DNA of 59,838 nucleotides, counting the filler, from Circinaria calcarea (Eukaryota): the NCBI GenBank assembly GCA_051942165.1. It is 8 parts of 8 records of this genome, joined end to end, with 100 filler letters (N's around TTAATTAATTAA, not from the genome) between each part and the next. Parts side by side here need not be neighbours in the genome. Positions count along the whole stretch, not along the records: positions 44,976 to 52,357 come from JAVECS010001345.1; positions 52,458 to 59,838 come from JAVECS010001346.1; 6 more parts are not named here. One strand, given 5' to 3'. Positions 49,701 to 59,838 of this stretch are shown here, piece by piece (positions within the stretch are counted from its first letter, which is position 1; each line of letters opens with the position of its first letter). Position numbers and translations under genes: made by a program. Under the pieces are notes generated by a model. The model was not told where the DNA came from. It made no database searches and worked only from the letters and a program-made list of their open reading frames with translations.

Positions 49701-50280
49701 ATTACCACCGCTTCCACATTCCGGTAGATGGAATTATGGACAAGCCCAAGTTAATCGAAGGAGAGTATTACACGGTCAATCCGATGGCGATTCGTTCGGG
49801 ATTAGATGTTTATGGCGAGAATGTACGTGTGGTAGTCCCGATTGATTCGGTGGCTCACGGAAGAGTCATGGTCATCTGTGTCGGTGCCATGATGGTTGGC
49901 AGTACTATCATTACACGCCAAGCAGGCGAGAAGGTTGGCAGGGCAGAAGAGCTCGGATATTTCAAATTTGGAGGTAGCACGCTTTTGTTACTGTTCGAGC
50001 CTGGCACCATGAGATTTGATGACGACCTTGTCGATAACTCCCTTGGTGCACTTGAGACTCTGGTAGGTCTACTAAGCTGGTATTGTCTTGTGCAACATGG
50101 CTCACGGTTCTACAGCTTCGTGCGGGGATGTCCATTGGCCATCACCCAGATCAGCCTCAATTCACGCCTGACATGCGAAAGAAGGACGAGAATGTCACCC
50201 ATGAGGAGCGACAGGAAGCGAAGCGCAGAATCGAGGGCAGCCTCGCACCTGATTCGGTGGAAACCCCATCTGTCAAGTGA
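46718..50280 (+). CDS. PSD2: Phosphatidylserine decarboxylase 2 (two C2 domains, EF-hand-like, PSD domain), multi-exon
   Basis: GRNLAAKDKNGTSDP, KTLNPEW, DMDPFVV, TFNEFFYR, SPADCR, RLAPQDYHRFH, and autocleavage motif GYFKFGGST. Confidence 0.95.
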
Positions 50281-50715
50281 TGGCTGCAGGGTATCTGATC
50301 AGGCACACGAAGTAGAAAAATCACCATTAGCGTGCACACATCTCAAACTAGCCGTTAACTTGAAACCGGCCTGTAGCACTACTCAAATAGCAGTAGCTCT
50401 AGGCTATCGTATCACTATAGACTCGTTTTTTAAATGACCACCTAGTGAGAGTATGACTGTATTTATCGAACTTTAAATTGAAATGTTCCCCAGATTTGAA
50501 ATCCACTTAGGCCCAATCCGGTTAGCATGATCACGCCAAGACCAAGGAACCAAAACAACCGATGCCCTCCTCTCAACCAAGGTCATTGTCGTCTGGGACG
50601 TCAGTTAAGCCCGACGGCACTTCGCAGCAACCGTATTATTACTAACCCACAGTCTTGCGACTTTCAGCAAATTGCTGCTGTTACGGACCGGAGACGTGGA
50701 GAATTCTGCCGTGGT

Positions 50716-50738
50716 GCGCGCTTGCGACGCGCGCAAAA
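50716..50738. promoter_or_regulatory. Possible MCB/SCB-like (ACGCG) cell-cycle element upstream of Mis13
   Basis: GCGCGCTTGCGACGCGCGCAAAA about 45-65 nt before the ATG. Function inferred. Confidence 0.3.
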
Positions 50739-50779
50739 CAGGTCCTCACACAGCAGAATTATCACCTCTAAAAGTCTCC

Positions 50780-52357
50780 ATGACAACCTACGCCACGCGC
50801 TCTCCGCTGCAATTGCTCATAAATCCGCATATGATGAGCGACTCGTGGCGGACCACTCGAAGAACAAGTGCAAGACTTGCAGATAAGGAGGACGTCCCAG
50901 TCGCCAATGGTACCAGCCATACAACAGGCAAAGGAAAGGGTGGACAGGCCAATGCGGTATCAACAAAGCAGGACAAGGCAGTCGGGAACGGAGTTGCGGG
51001 CGGTGCGGTGGGTGGGCGGGCTAAAAGAAAGATAGGTACGTGGTTCTGAAGAGGATAGCAGTCCATCTGTTGTCATGGATGCAACCCATTTTGCTAGGTT
51101 TCTGTGAGCTGAAGAGTTGACTAACCAAAAGCAGCGGATGACGACGAGGAAGTTGATGGATTCATGTTCACTCGTACACGATCGAAACGAGCCAAAGGTA
51201 CGCCTATAGGAAAGCCACAGCAGCCACCCCTAGACGAAATACAAGAAGAGGCACCTAAGCCAGTTACGAAGAAGCCAAGAAAAAAAGCCGCAAGCCCTGG
51301 ATCATATAAAAGTGCTCCTGTAGAAAAGGAGGTAAAGGAAGTGAAACGAAGAAGGAGTCCCCGGAATAGTGGGGACGGGGTCCCTACAGAACCGCCACCA
51401 TCAGAAGTCAAGAAAAGAAAGACAAAGGAGAAGGGATCAAGCGCGCCTGGACGACGCAAAAGTACCGAGCCACCGCGGACGGATGTTGAAGGAGAGCCGA
51501 ATGAGAGCATAGATGTCGTGGGTAGTAATTCACAAGAGCAACAAGTCGAAACGTCAGGAGATGTCACCAAGATCGCTTTACCGTTTGCCGATACACCAAT
51601 CATACGGAGAAATCAGGAAATGCGAAAAGGAGCAGGTGGTGGACACCGGAGGAGCAGTCTCGGCATGCGTGGGAGGAGAGCAAGTTCACTGATAGATGGC
51701 GGGAAATCGAACGGTGAGCACAAGCTTCGTTGAGATTTCCAAAGGCGCGATTGACGAAAAGTAGCATTACCTCACGCCGAGGTTGAGACTTCAGAGTTCT
51801 ATAAGCATATCGAATGTGATTCGTTACCAGAGCCACGGCGAATGAGGCAACTGTTGACATGGTGCGGTACTCGGGCGCTGGGAGAAAAGCCATCATTTGA
51901 AGCCGACGACAGTCATGCAAAATTAGCAGGTATGGAGAAGTCAAGCTTGGGGGCAGTAAATATTAAAGGTAGCTATCTGACTGGGAAATAGCGCGAGAAA
52001 TTCAGCAACAACTACTGAAGGACTTTTCTGCGAAATCAATAATGTCAGACTGGTTCAGCCGAGTAGGTTTATACTATGACTTCACACGGTAGTAGATATT
52101 CTAACAGAATTCACAGGAAGACATCGATCCTCCGCCTCAACCTCCTCAGCCCAATCCGAAGAATATTGCCAACCTCGCCAAGATCCAAGAACTTGAGCAG
52201 CAAATAGCCCGGTAAGCTTGACTGACATTATCTGCTATCTTTTTCCTTACCGTACGACCCTCTTGCTTACTCCTTTTCCATCTTAGTCTTCAACTCGAGC
52301 GCCAAACCTGGGAATCCCTCCTCCGTCCACCCCAAGAACTTACACCCTCCCTCCCTC
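50780..52357 (+). CDS. DSN1: Kinetochore Mis12-complex subunit Mis13/Dsn1, multi-exon, 3'-truncated
   Basis: DGFMFTR, IALPFADTPIIRRNQEMR, RRSSLGMRGRRASSLID, LPHAEVETSEFYKHI, LPEPRRMRQLLTWC, SDWFSR and PNPKN. Confidence 0.9.
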
Positions 52358-52457
52358 NNNNNNNNNNNNNNNNNNNNNNNNNNNNNNNNNNNNNNNNNNN
52401 NTTAATTAATTAANNNNNNNNNNNNNNNNNNNNNNNNNNNNNNNNNNNNNNNNNNNN
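52358..52457. other. Artificial contig linker
   Basis: N44-TTAATTAATTAA-N44. Confidence 0.98.
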
Positions 52458-53598
52458 GATTTACAGACTATGACACGGTAGCACCAGCACCAATACCAGC
52501 AGAAGCTCAAACTAGCACTAGGACTAGAACAAGGACTAGAAAAGTATTCCCCCCATTCCCAATTCTCAAACTCGCAAACCCTACGCGTACGGAATATAGA
52601 ATGTCAAAAAAGAAGAGAGAAACAATGGTAGCCCGAGAGATAGAAATCTCCTTCCTCCCCCCCCTTCCCTTTTGAACTTACTGACCGATCCTAAACTCCG
52701 TAAGCACATCACCATTGTCCTGCCATACCCAACGCTGGGCAGTAGTAGTAGTGCACCATAATACCAACATCATTAGTGTCAGTGCGCGATAGCTACACTA
52801 CACCGCTAGTGAAAGGGTAACACTACACTGAACCCGCAGTTGTAGGGGTTCAGAAACACTATCAGTGTAATATAATACATGTATATAAAATTTAAACGTG
52901 AAGATTTTGTGGAGATTGAGAAAAGATTTAAAATTACATAGATAAGGCTCTCTTCTCTGAAACCAAGGCTCCTATATTGTTAATATTAATATGTCGTGAA
53001 ATTTAATAAAGAAAAAAACACCACACACCCCCAAAAATTCTTCGTCATGTTATTAATCCTATAATTAGTCCCCCCCTAGCTTGGATTTTCTAATACTCAC
53101 CAACGGAAAAGTAAGAGGGGGGCGCGCATTTATGATGAAAGTCTTGGCAGTATTACGCTGCCGGTTGCGGTTGTCATTGTGGAGAGCCACAACTGCACTA
53201 TTTACACTACTGCCAGCGTTGCCCGTACCTTTATTGCAAATCGAAAATTCGCACCCCGGGTATCCAAGGAGAGCAAATCGAGAATCTTCACGTTCATATC
53301 TGTCTCATCATCATTAAATATCTACCTATCGGGCTATAGCATCAGGATAAGGTACAAAGACTCCGATTTGGCTATGCCACACATCTGTTAAACAGCCGAA
53401 AAACCCCATCTGTCGCTTACTTACAATCTACACAAAGGGTATTTTTCCGAAGTCGCTCGTTCGTTTGGGTCGTAGCCATTTTCGTCATTCATCGTCATCA
53501 CTTCAGGCTCTCTCCCATTCGCCGATATCCTAGTATCGTCAAACAAGGCGTAACTGCTTTCTCTCACTGCCTGCTCCATTAAAAAACCCCATCATTGT

Positions 53599-56500
53599 TT
53601 AGAACTTCCCCGTCCGAATGTGCTTTTGGAATATCTTCACATCAGTTACATCTCCAAACTTCAAGTGCTTCACCACCGCCATCTCCAACCCCCCACTCTC
53701 AATCTCGTCGAAGTTCTCGTCCGCGTTCGAAGCATGGATGGGGTTCATTTTGCTAGTAGGTTCCGGCAGACTCACTACAGGGGCCTTTTGTTTCCCCTTT
53801 CCCTTGATGTCGACCTTGACGGCTGGAGCCTTGAATGAGCGGGGGCGGCGTGCGAGCTGGCAGACCGTGCCGGACATGACAAGGTACCTGATTTTAAGTT
53901 CTGGACAGTAGTTGAGAGTGTCGATGGTGAATTTGCGGCATTCACGGGTAACGGACTGGCATTGGTCGGTTGTACGGATCGCGAGGACATTGAGAGCGAC
54001 TAGATTTTTCAGTCCTCGAAGGTTTTGCATAAGTATGTGCTTGTGATAAGGTTAGCAAGGCATTCAAGTCGACTATCGTTATGGTTACTTACATAGTCCT
54101 CGATACTGGAACTCATGGCCAATTCGACCAAGCCTTCGCCTTTCACGGCCAGAAGCCGCATAGTTTTACTATCGAGATCCCATGACTCGTCATCATTGTT
54201 CATAATCATGAGTCGCTTGAGCGTGCCAATGTGCTTTCGCAGAGCCAGCAAACGAATGTCTACTAGGGAGGCGTACGGCTTCGAGGTTGACGAGTCTGCC
54301 TCTTTGCTATTCCTCTTCATCAAGAATAAATCGGTGACTTGATGGAGATTTGCCACGCAATTAAGGAATGCCAACGACACGTCATCCGTATGAAGGTACT
54401 GCAATTTCAAAGGCACCGACTCTTTTTGAATCTTGTCGAGAAGGGTCCAGAATCCTGCCTGCGGACCAACGTTCAGGAGCGTAAGCTGCTTAAGACATGA
54501 CAGGTCCAGCCCCCGTGCCATGGTGGAAGCCTTGATTGGTATGAGGTAAAGATAAAGCTCTTCAAGGTGAAATCCATGCTTGGTGCGTATGTACTCTTGC
54601 ATAGTTTCTTCTGTCGTTGCTGTTGACTTTCTTGGGTTTTCTTTGCTCAATGTCCTCTGCTGACTCGGCGAGCTCTTGTCGGCTTTCTGCACATTTCTAT
54701 CGGTGCTCGCATCAGGGACCCTAAGGCGCTCTACAGCCGATCCTTTGGTGGAATAATGCTCTATTGAAGTGACGGCAGCGACCAATTCGCCGGCGCTCAT
54801 CTCGCCGGCGTCTTCCATCGTTTCTTGGTCAGCTTCATCGTCTTCGCTTTCAACGACATCTGGATGCTCCATGTCGACATCCATGGCATCCTCAACATTC
54901 CCAGGTTCTTTTTCGGTCGCATCAAAGAGCTTGGTTGCGCCGAAATCGGGCTGTCCTTCACTTCTGTCTAAGTCATTGTCAGAGTCGCTCTCATCTGAAT
55001 CAGGCGGCTCGGGTTTAGGCGACAATGGCGTCCCATTTGCTTGGAATTGTTTGAAAGCTTCCTTGTCAATCATCTCTTGCTTCATTTGAGCTGCTATTTT
55101 GCCTCCGCTTGGAGCCGAACCAGAATAAGCCGGAAAAATACTCTGGAAAAAGGCGTCAGATGAGGGAAACGAAGCATACACGTGGTTGCTGCCCCCTTGT
55201 GTGTAGGAAGAAGGTTTGTACGAGTTTGAGGAATCATGGAGCATTTGAAGAGCATTGGAGGAGGACGAGTGAGTTTGGGGGTCCCAGTTGCCGCCGCTCT
55301 TAGCCCAAATGTATTTGTCGAAATCTTCATATGAAGTAGGGTTGGTACTCAAAAACTCTTCGAACTCTTGGTAAAGCCCTGCGGGCACAGGATACGTGAG
55401 GGACGTAGGCGCCGGCGCATTATGCGAACTCTCGGGATGAGCCTTTATTGTATGATCAACCTGGGGAGGCGGCTTCTTGAGCTTCGTACCATCCGACTGC
55501 AAATACTTTTCCACCGCTTTCTCCAGCAGCTCGAGGACATGCTTATCTTTCGCTAGGCCACCGTATGCCGAGGACCTTGTTTGTATCAATTTCGTCATAA
55601 GCTTCTTTAAATCTCCTATGAACACTTGGTTTACATCTTCTTTTGATTTAAGGGTAGAAGCCGACGCTTTCAGGACCTTGTCAACTTTCTTATCCCCTAC
55701 GTTGGCAGGCTCAAGCCCGAGTAAGATGGCGAGGACAGACTCCTGGGCAGCCTTCTCCTTACGAATGTCGGCATCACTAGTGAGTGTTGTTAGGGGAGGT
55801 GACTCTGGCGGAGGGGGCGTCATATCATCATCTTCTTCGTCCATATCAACATCAGCTGCTGCATTCATTGTAGCGGTGGGTGGCGGCACTTTTCGTGCTC
55901 GGCGAGCAAGATCTTGGGATAGGGAAAGAGTAAGGGACTTGAGCGTTGTAGAACACGAGAGTAGACAGGCTGCGATCTCAGCAAGATTCTCTCCAAGGTT
56001 ATCTATCCCAACGACATCTAGCTCACGGAGGTTTTGAAATGTTGGAAATTTCCGTTTACTAGGCGTGGCGGTGTGAGAGTTGGCTTTTTTGTTTCTCATG
56101 AGAATGGAGGAAGCAGAGGAAGTTGCACTGGAGTATGCCGCTGCGTACAATGGCGTATGGGGTGGAAATCCCAGAGTTCCTTGTTGCGCTCCGGCATGAC
56201 CTGCTGGATTTGTGGACGTAGACATGCTTGGTGTCCTAGGAACAGCCAACGTCTCTAGTCTTATGTGGAGCTCTCGTAGGGTCGGAGTCTTAGCTAGAGC
56301 CTGGTACACAAACCCGCTTAGCTCAATCGCCGGATCCCAGCTATTATACAGTTAGAACTTGCGCAGAAGAGTGGCCAGACCGCCAAATCAGCTTACTAGA
56401 AAGTCTCCAACATCCTCGCTTTCCGTAACATGAGCAGAAGGGTCGTATTTAATAATTTTGTAGCCTCTTCCTCGACGTGATATTTGGACAGGATTTTCTG

Positions 56501-56854
56501 CTTTACATCTTCTCCGTCACGCTCCGAAAGCTCAAGACAAAAGACCTTGAGATATTGAGAATAATCGTGCTCGCTTGTGGCGAATGTGTGTAGGGCATCA
56601 GCTAAACGAGCGTTGGGCTTGGTGTAATAACTTGGTGCATCCGTATGGGTAAGGACAAAGCTGAGTTGGCCATACAGCCTCGCACTGGCTAAAGAGTGAA
56701 AGTACCTTGAGACCCGTTGAAGGTTAAGAAGCTCTTTGGTGCGGATCCAAGTAAAAATCTCTTTCTGGGTCTCGGGCGGTAGATCCAAGAAACCCAGCTG
56801 CGGTTTAGATGATCCGCTGCTCGCGTCTGTATTCGGTGAGGTTGAGTCCTTCAT
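53599..56854 (-). CDS. F-box protein with LRR-like repeats and acidic inserts, 3 exons
   Basis: F-box FLDLPPETQKEIF..LLNLQRVSRYFH, LRR-like segments LRELHIRL, LKSLTLSL and LKQLTLLNVG, and ending KIFQKHIRTGKF*. Confidence 0.85.
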
Positions 56855-57364
56855 ATTTCGAACTGAGGCTATTACAGCGGCAACTCTGTACCCTGGATGA
56901 CTTCCTGTATTGGGCCGTTGATGGTTTTGGAAAGAGTGATCTCGGACAGCTTCGAGTGAGCTTTATTGGGAGGTTCAAGTTATCTCAAGTTGTTATTGAA
57001 GGACGACAACGAAAGAGCTGGTCCAATCCGATGTTCTGATGGCTTGTCTTCAGGCTGGGAGGAAGAAAAGGCTGGGGATGAAGCAGGCGCATGAGGCAAA
57101 GCACAAGATTGCCCCGGGCGCACTTGTATGTACGTACGTCCGCTTAGAGTTACCGACCACCTTGATGATTCTATTGATAATTCGAGTGGTCGCTTTGGAT
57201 GAAGGAATGATTGATCTGCAGCAGAGGTGCTCGTGCGTGGGACCGTTGAGTCTCCTAAACGGTTGCTATGCAGTGTTTGTTTAAGTAGCCGAATGCTTCT
57301 TTTCTCTGGTTTACTCCGTAAACTCCGGGCGGCTAAGCTACCTAGTCAATCACGTAGAAGTATA

Positions 57365-57372
57365 GGCGCGTC
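57365..57372. promoter_or_regulatory. Possible MCB core (CGCGT) upstream of CDC45
   Basis: GGCGCGTC about 180 nt upstream of a replication gene. Inference. Confidence 0.25.
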
Positions 57373-57551
57373 AACTTCGAGCACGCCCGGCAAGGCGAAT
57401 GAATATATTATTCCGCAATACTCACAATTACTTGATCGACCGCCAGGCTTGATTCGTATACAGAACCGCAGTATGACTTATTCCATCGCATTGAGGATTT
57501 AAAAAGACTATATTGAGTGTCAATAATCCAAGATCGACCTTGTACAGTGCA

Positions 57552-59838
57552 ATGTATTTACCGCGCGAGCTGATCTCGCATCTGTACCTCCACCTTGTCC
57601 GAACCCACCACGCCCAATCTTCTCCCGTCCTGATACTGGTCGCTCTCGAGCCGGATGCCCTGTGTGCATGTCGAATACTGACAGCATTACTCAAACGCGA
57701 TTACATAGCCCACAATATAATACCTGTTTCTGGATATGGCGATCTCGCGCGCGCAGGCGAGTCCCAGGTGCGGCCAATGCGAATACAAAATGGAGGGAGT
57801 GGGGGAACAGCGGTGTGTCTGGGTGTCGGAGGATTGATAGACATTGGGGTCATGTTAGGGTTAGAGGCGACGGAAGAGGGTGAGGATCCTACAGGCGGCG
57901 TTGAAGTCTGGATCATCGACGCCCGCAGACCGTGGAATTTAAGTAACGTCTTCGGAGGCAAGCCCCCGAAAATGGCGTTGGGAGAGATCAATGGAAATAT
58001 AAGGTCCAGACTGCCTGAGATTAGCTATGGCCGGTTACATCAAAACTACCGGCCGGGGAAAGGAGGGATCATCGTCTATGACGACGGGGATATCGACGAA
58101 GAGCTGGCAGTTGAAAGGGAGGCCTACTTGGCACTAGAGCAAATGCCTGAAATCGAGGATGACGGCAATGAGTCTGACGAATCTGATACGCAAAGCGAGA
58201 GTCCTGAGCCAGCAGGAGGCACTCGACCAAGCAAGAAGAGGAAGTCTTGGTCAGACCCCGACGAAGAGAATGACAGCGAGGATGAGGATGGAAGACCTCG
58301 ACAAAGGCGAAGAAGCAATTCCGTACGGAAACAGCAACCATTATATAATTGCATGCTAATCTAAGTCTCAAGAATGGCTCCATATCTTCCTCCCCAGTGC
58401 GACCCCCACGGCGGGGACTACTCTCAACTTCAACCACAACCAAAATGGGCAGTACGTCGTCAAATATCTCCCGCTCAGCGTCTCCTTCTTCACCACCTTC
58501 TTCGCCTTTGCCGCCCAAACAAGCGTCCCCGCGAACCCTTCGCCGACGGCTTCTCCGCATGAGACGGAAGCACCAATCTGTAGTTGAAGCTTACTACTCT
58601 ATGGGCTCATCCTACTCAGAGCCTATATCCTCCCTCCTCTACTCTCTCGCCGAACTTCTCGGCCGCGAAGACAACGAATTCCTCTGGCACGCTATTGTTG
58701 GTGTTAGTTCTCTCGAACTATACGGCCGCAGCATGACGGGTGTGGGAATTTCTAATTCATCAGACTCTGGCGGCCCGACAGGATGGGGTGGCGAGCGTGG
58801 TGAACAAATCCGTCAGGTATTACGAGATGAAGTACGACGGCTCAATCCTCCCAATCTAAACGACACAAGGGGCGAAACAGCACGGGGGGAGGCCTCCGGT
58901 GTCATTCCTACAACTGCTCAATCGCCCACAGATACTTCGATACGATTATCCCCCGAACCGAGGTTTCTCCTGATACGGCATTGGTCATTGTATGATAGTA
59001 TGCTCCACTCACCTTATCTTGCAGCTCGCCTACACATTTGGAGTGACTTCGGCCGCAAAAGACTCCACAAACTCCTCGCGAAAATGGGTGTGAGTCTCTC
59101 TCAATGCAAACAGAGTTATACGCACATGGACATGGACCTTAAACGCAATCTGCGTCATAAACTTCTGAAATATGCCCCGCAGTACGGCCTCGACGGCCTG
59201 GCACCTCCACCAGCTAGTGCAGGCAAGGGGAGAGAAGGCTGGGGCTTTGTACGGAGCTGGGGCTGGAAAGCCTGCATGAGTGCCACAGACGTCGGTGTCA
59301 TCATTGGCGCAATCCTTGAAGTGGGGAAATCAGGCGTACGGTCAACCGGTAACGGAGGAAACTGGGATCGAGGCCGGAGCGAGAAGCAGGAGGTCGCGGA
59401 CGAGGACGGCAAAGAAGAGGGTGAAGAGTTCGTCGGCAGATTCTGGGAGGCTTATGATGCACTGGAGAAGTATGCTCTCATCCTGGCCTTTTGAGCTTGA
59501 AGCCCGTCTTTACTAACCCCATGCGAACCCTCCAGCGTCGAAGCCCTCAAACTCGCCCTCCCCACCGCCCAGCACCTCCACCGTGCCATCCTCCGCACCG
59601 GTACCTCCCTCATCTCCAAGAAACAAATCCGCCACCTGCGTGCCTTCCGCATGGCTGTCGTCAAAGAAGGCCCCGACGTCCTCCTCTTCACGCACCCGGC
59701 CGCGCTCATCAAGCTCGCCCTCTGGATTGGCGAAGCAGTCGCCGAGATGGAGAGAGAGGAGAAGGGGAGTGTGGGTGGGGGAAGGGGAACGCCCTTGGTG
59801 GTTGCGGGCTTGAATGAGGGGAGAGGGGTCTATGTCGT
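57552..59838 (+). CDS. CDC45: DNA replication initiation factor Cdc45, multi-exon, 3'-truncated
   Basis: VLILVALEPDALCACRILT..LKRDYI..PVSGY, IDARRPWNL, LIRHWSLYDSM, LLAKMGVSL, FWEAYDAL and AQHLHRAI. Confidence 0.95.

Noticed and set aside
7402..52457. Periodic TTAATTAATTAA every ~7.5 kb as a biological repeat or array
   Set aside because: Embedded in fixed N runs. It is an artificial six-frame-stop spacer.
52458..53100. AT-rich stretch with short CACTACAC/GGACTAGA repeats as a MITE
   Set aside because: No convincing terminal inverted repeats or target-site duplication.
1..59838. tRNA, rRNA, CRISPR arrays, intact transposase or reverse transcriptase
   Set aside because: None recognised by eye. 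A covariance-model or HMM scan would be needed to exclude small ncRNAs.

Overview
This is eukaryotic DNA from a filamentous ascomycete (Pezizomycotina), judged by short GT-AG introns with CTRAC/CTAAY branch sites and typical fungal genes. It is not one locus. Eight contigs of 7401, 7401, 7399, 7398, 7391, 7385, 7382 and 7381 bp, sorted by length, are joined by 100-nt N44-TTAATTAATTAA-N44 linkers, so adjacency across linkers is meaningless. Contig 1: SRPK-like kinase with in-frame stops in exon 1, a HET protein, and the end of an M3 peptidase. Contig 2: a large decayed gene, an amino-acid/choline permease pseudogene, and the end of a purine-cytosine permease. Contig 3: start of phosphomannomutase, a DHA2 MFS pump, and a WW-PhoD protein. 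Contig 4: two DUF3431 paralogues around a Cys-rich membrane protein. Contig 5: a >=4-kb diverged palindrome that duplicates an MTF1/mtTFB-like gene tail-to-tail, plus an AMSH deubiquitinase. Contig 6: thioesterase, eIF2D, RCF2 and an unknown membrane protein. Contig 7: epsilon-COP, PSD2 and Mis13/Dsn1. Contig 8: an F-box protein and CDC45. The most striking feature is the contig-5 palindrome. Its arms are about 2 kb with a 9-nt loop and a few percent divergence, both reading frames are open, and a repeated motif lies in the inner arms. Family calls come from motif recognition by eye, not from database searches.
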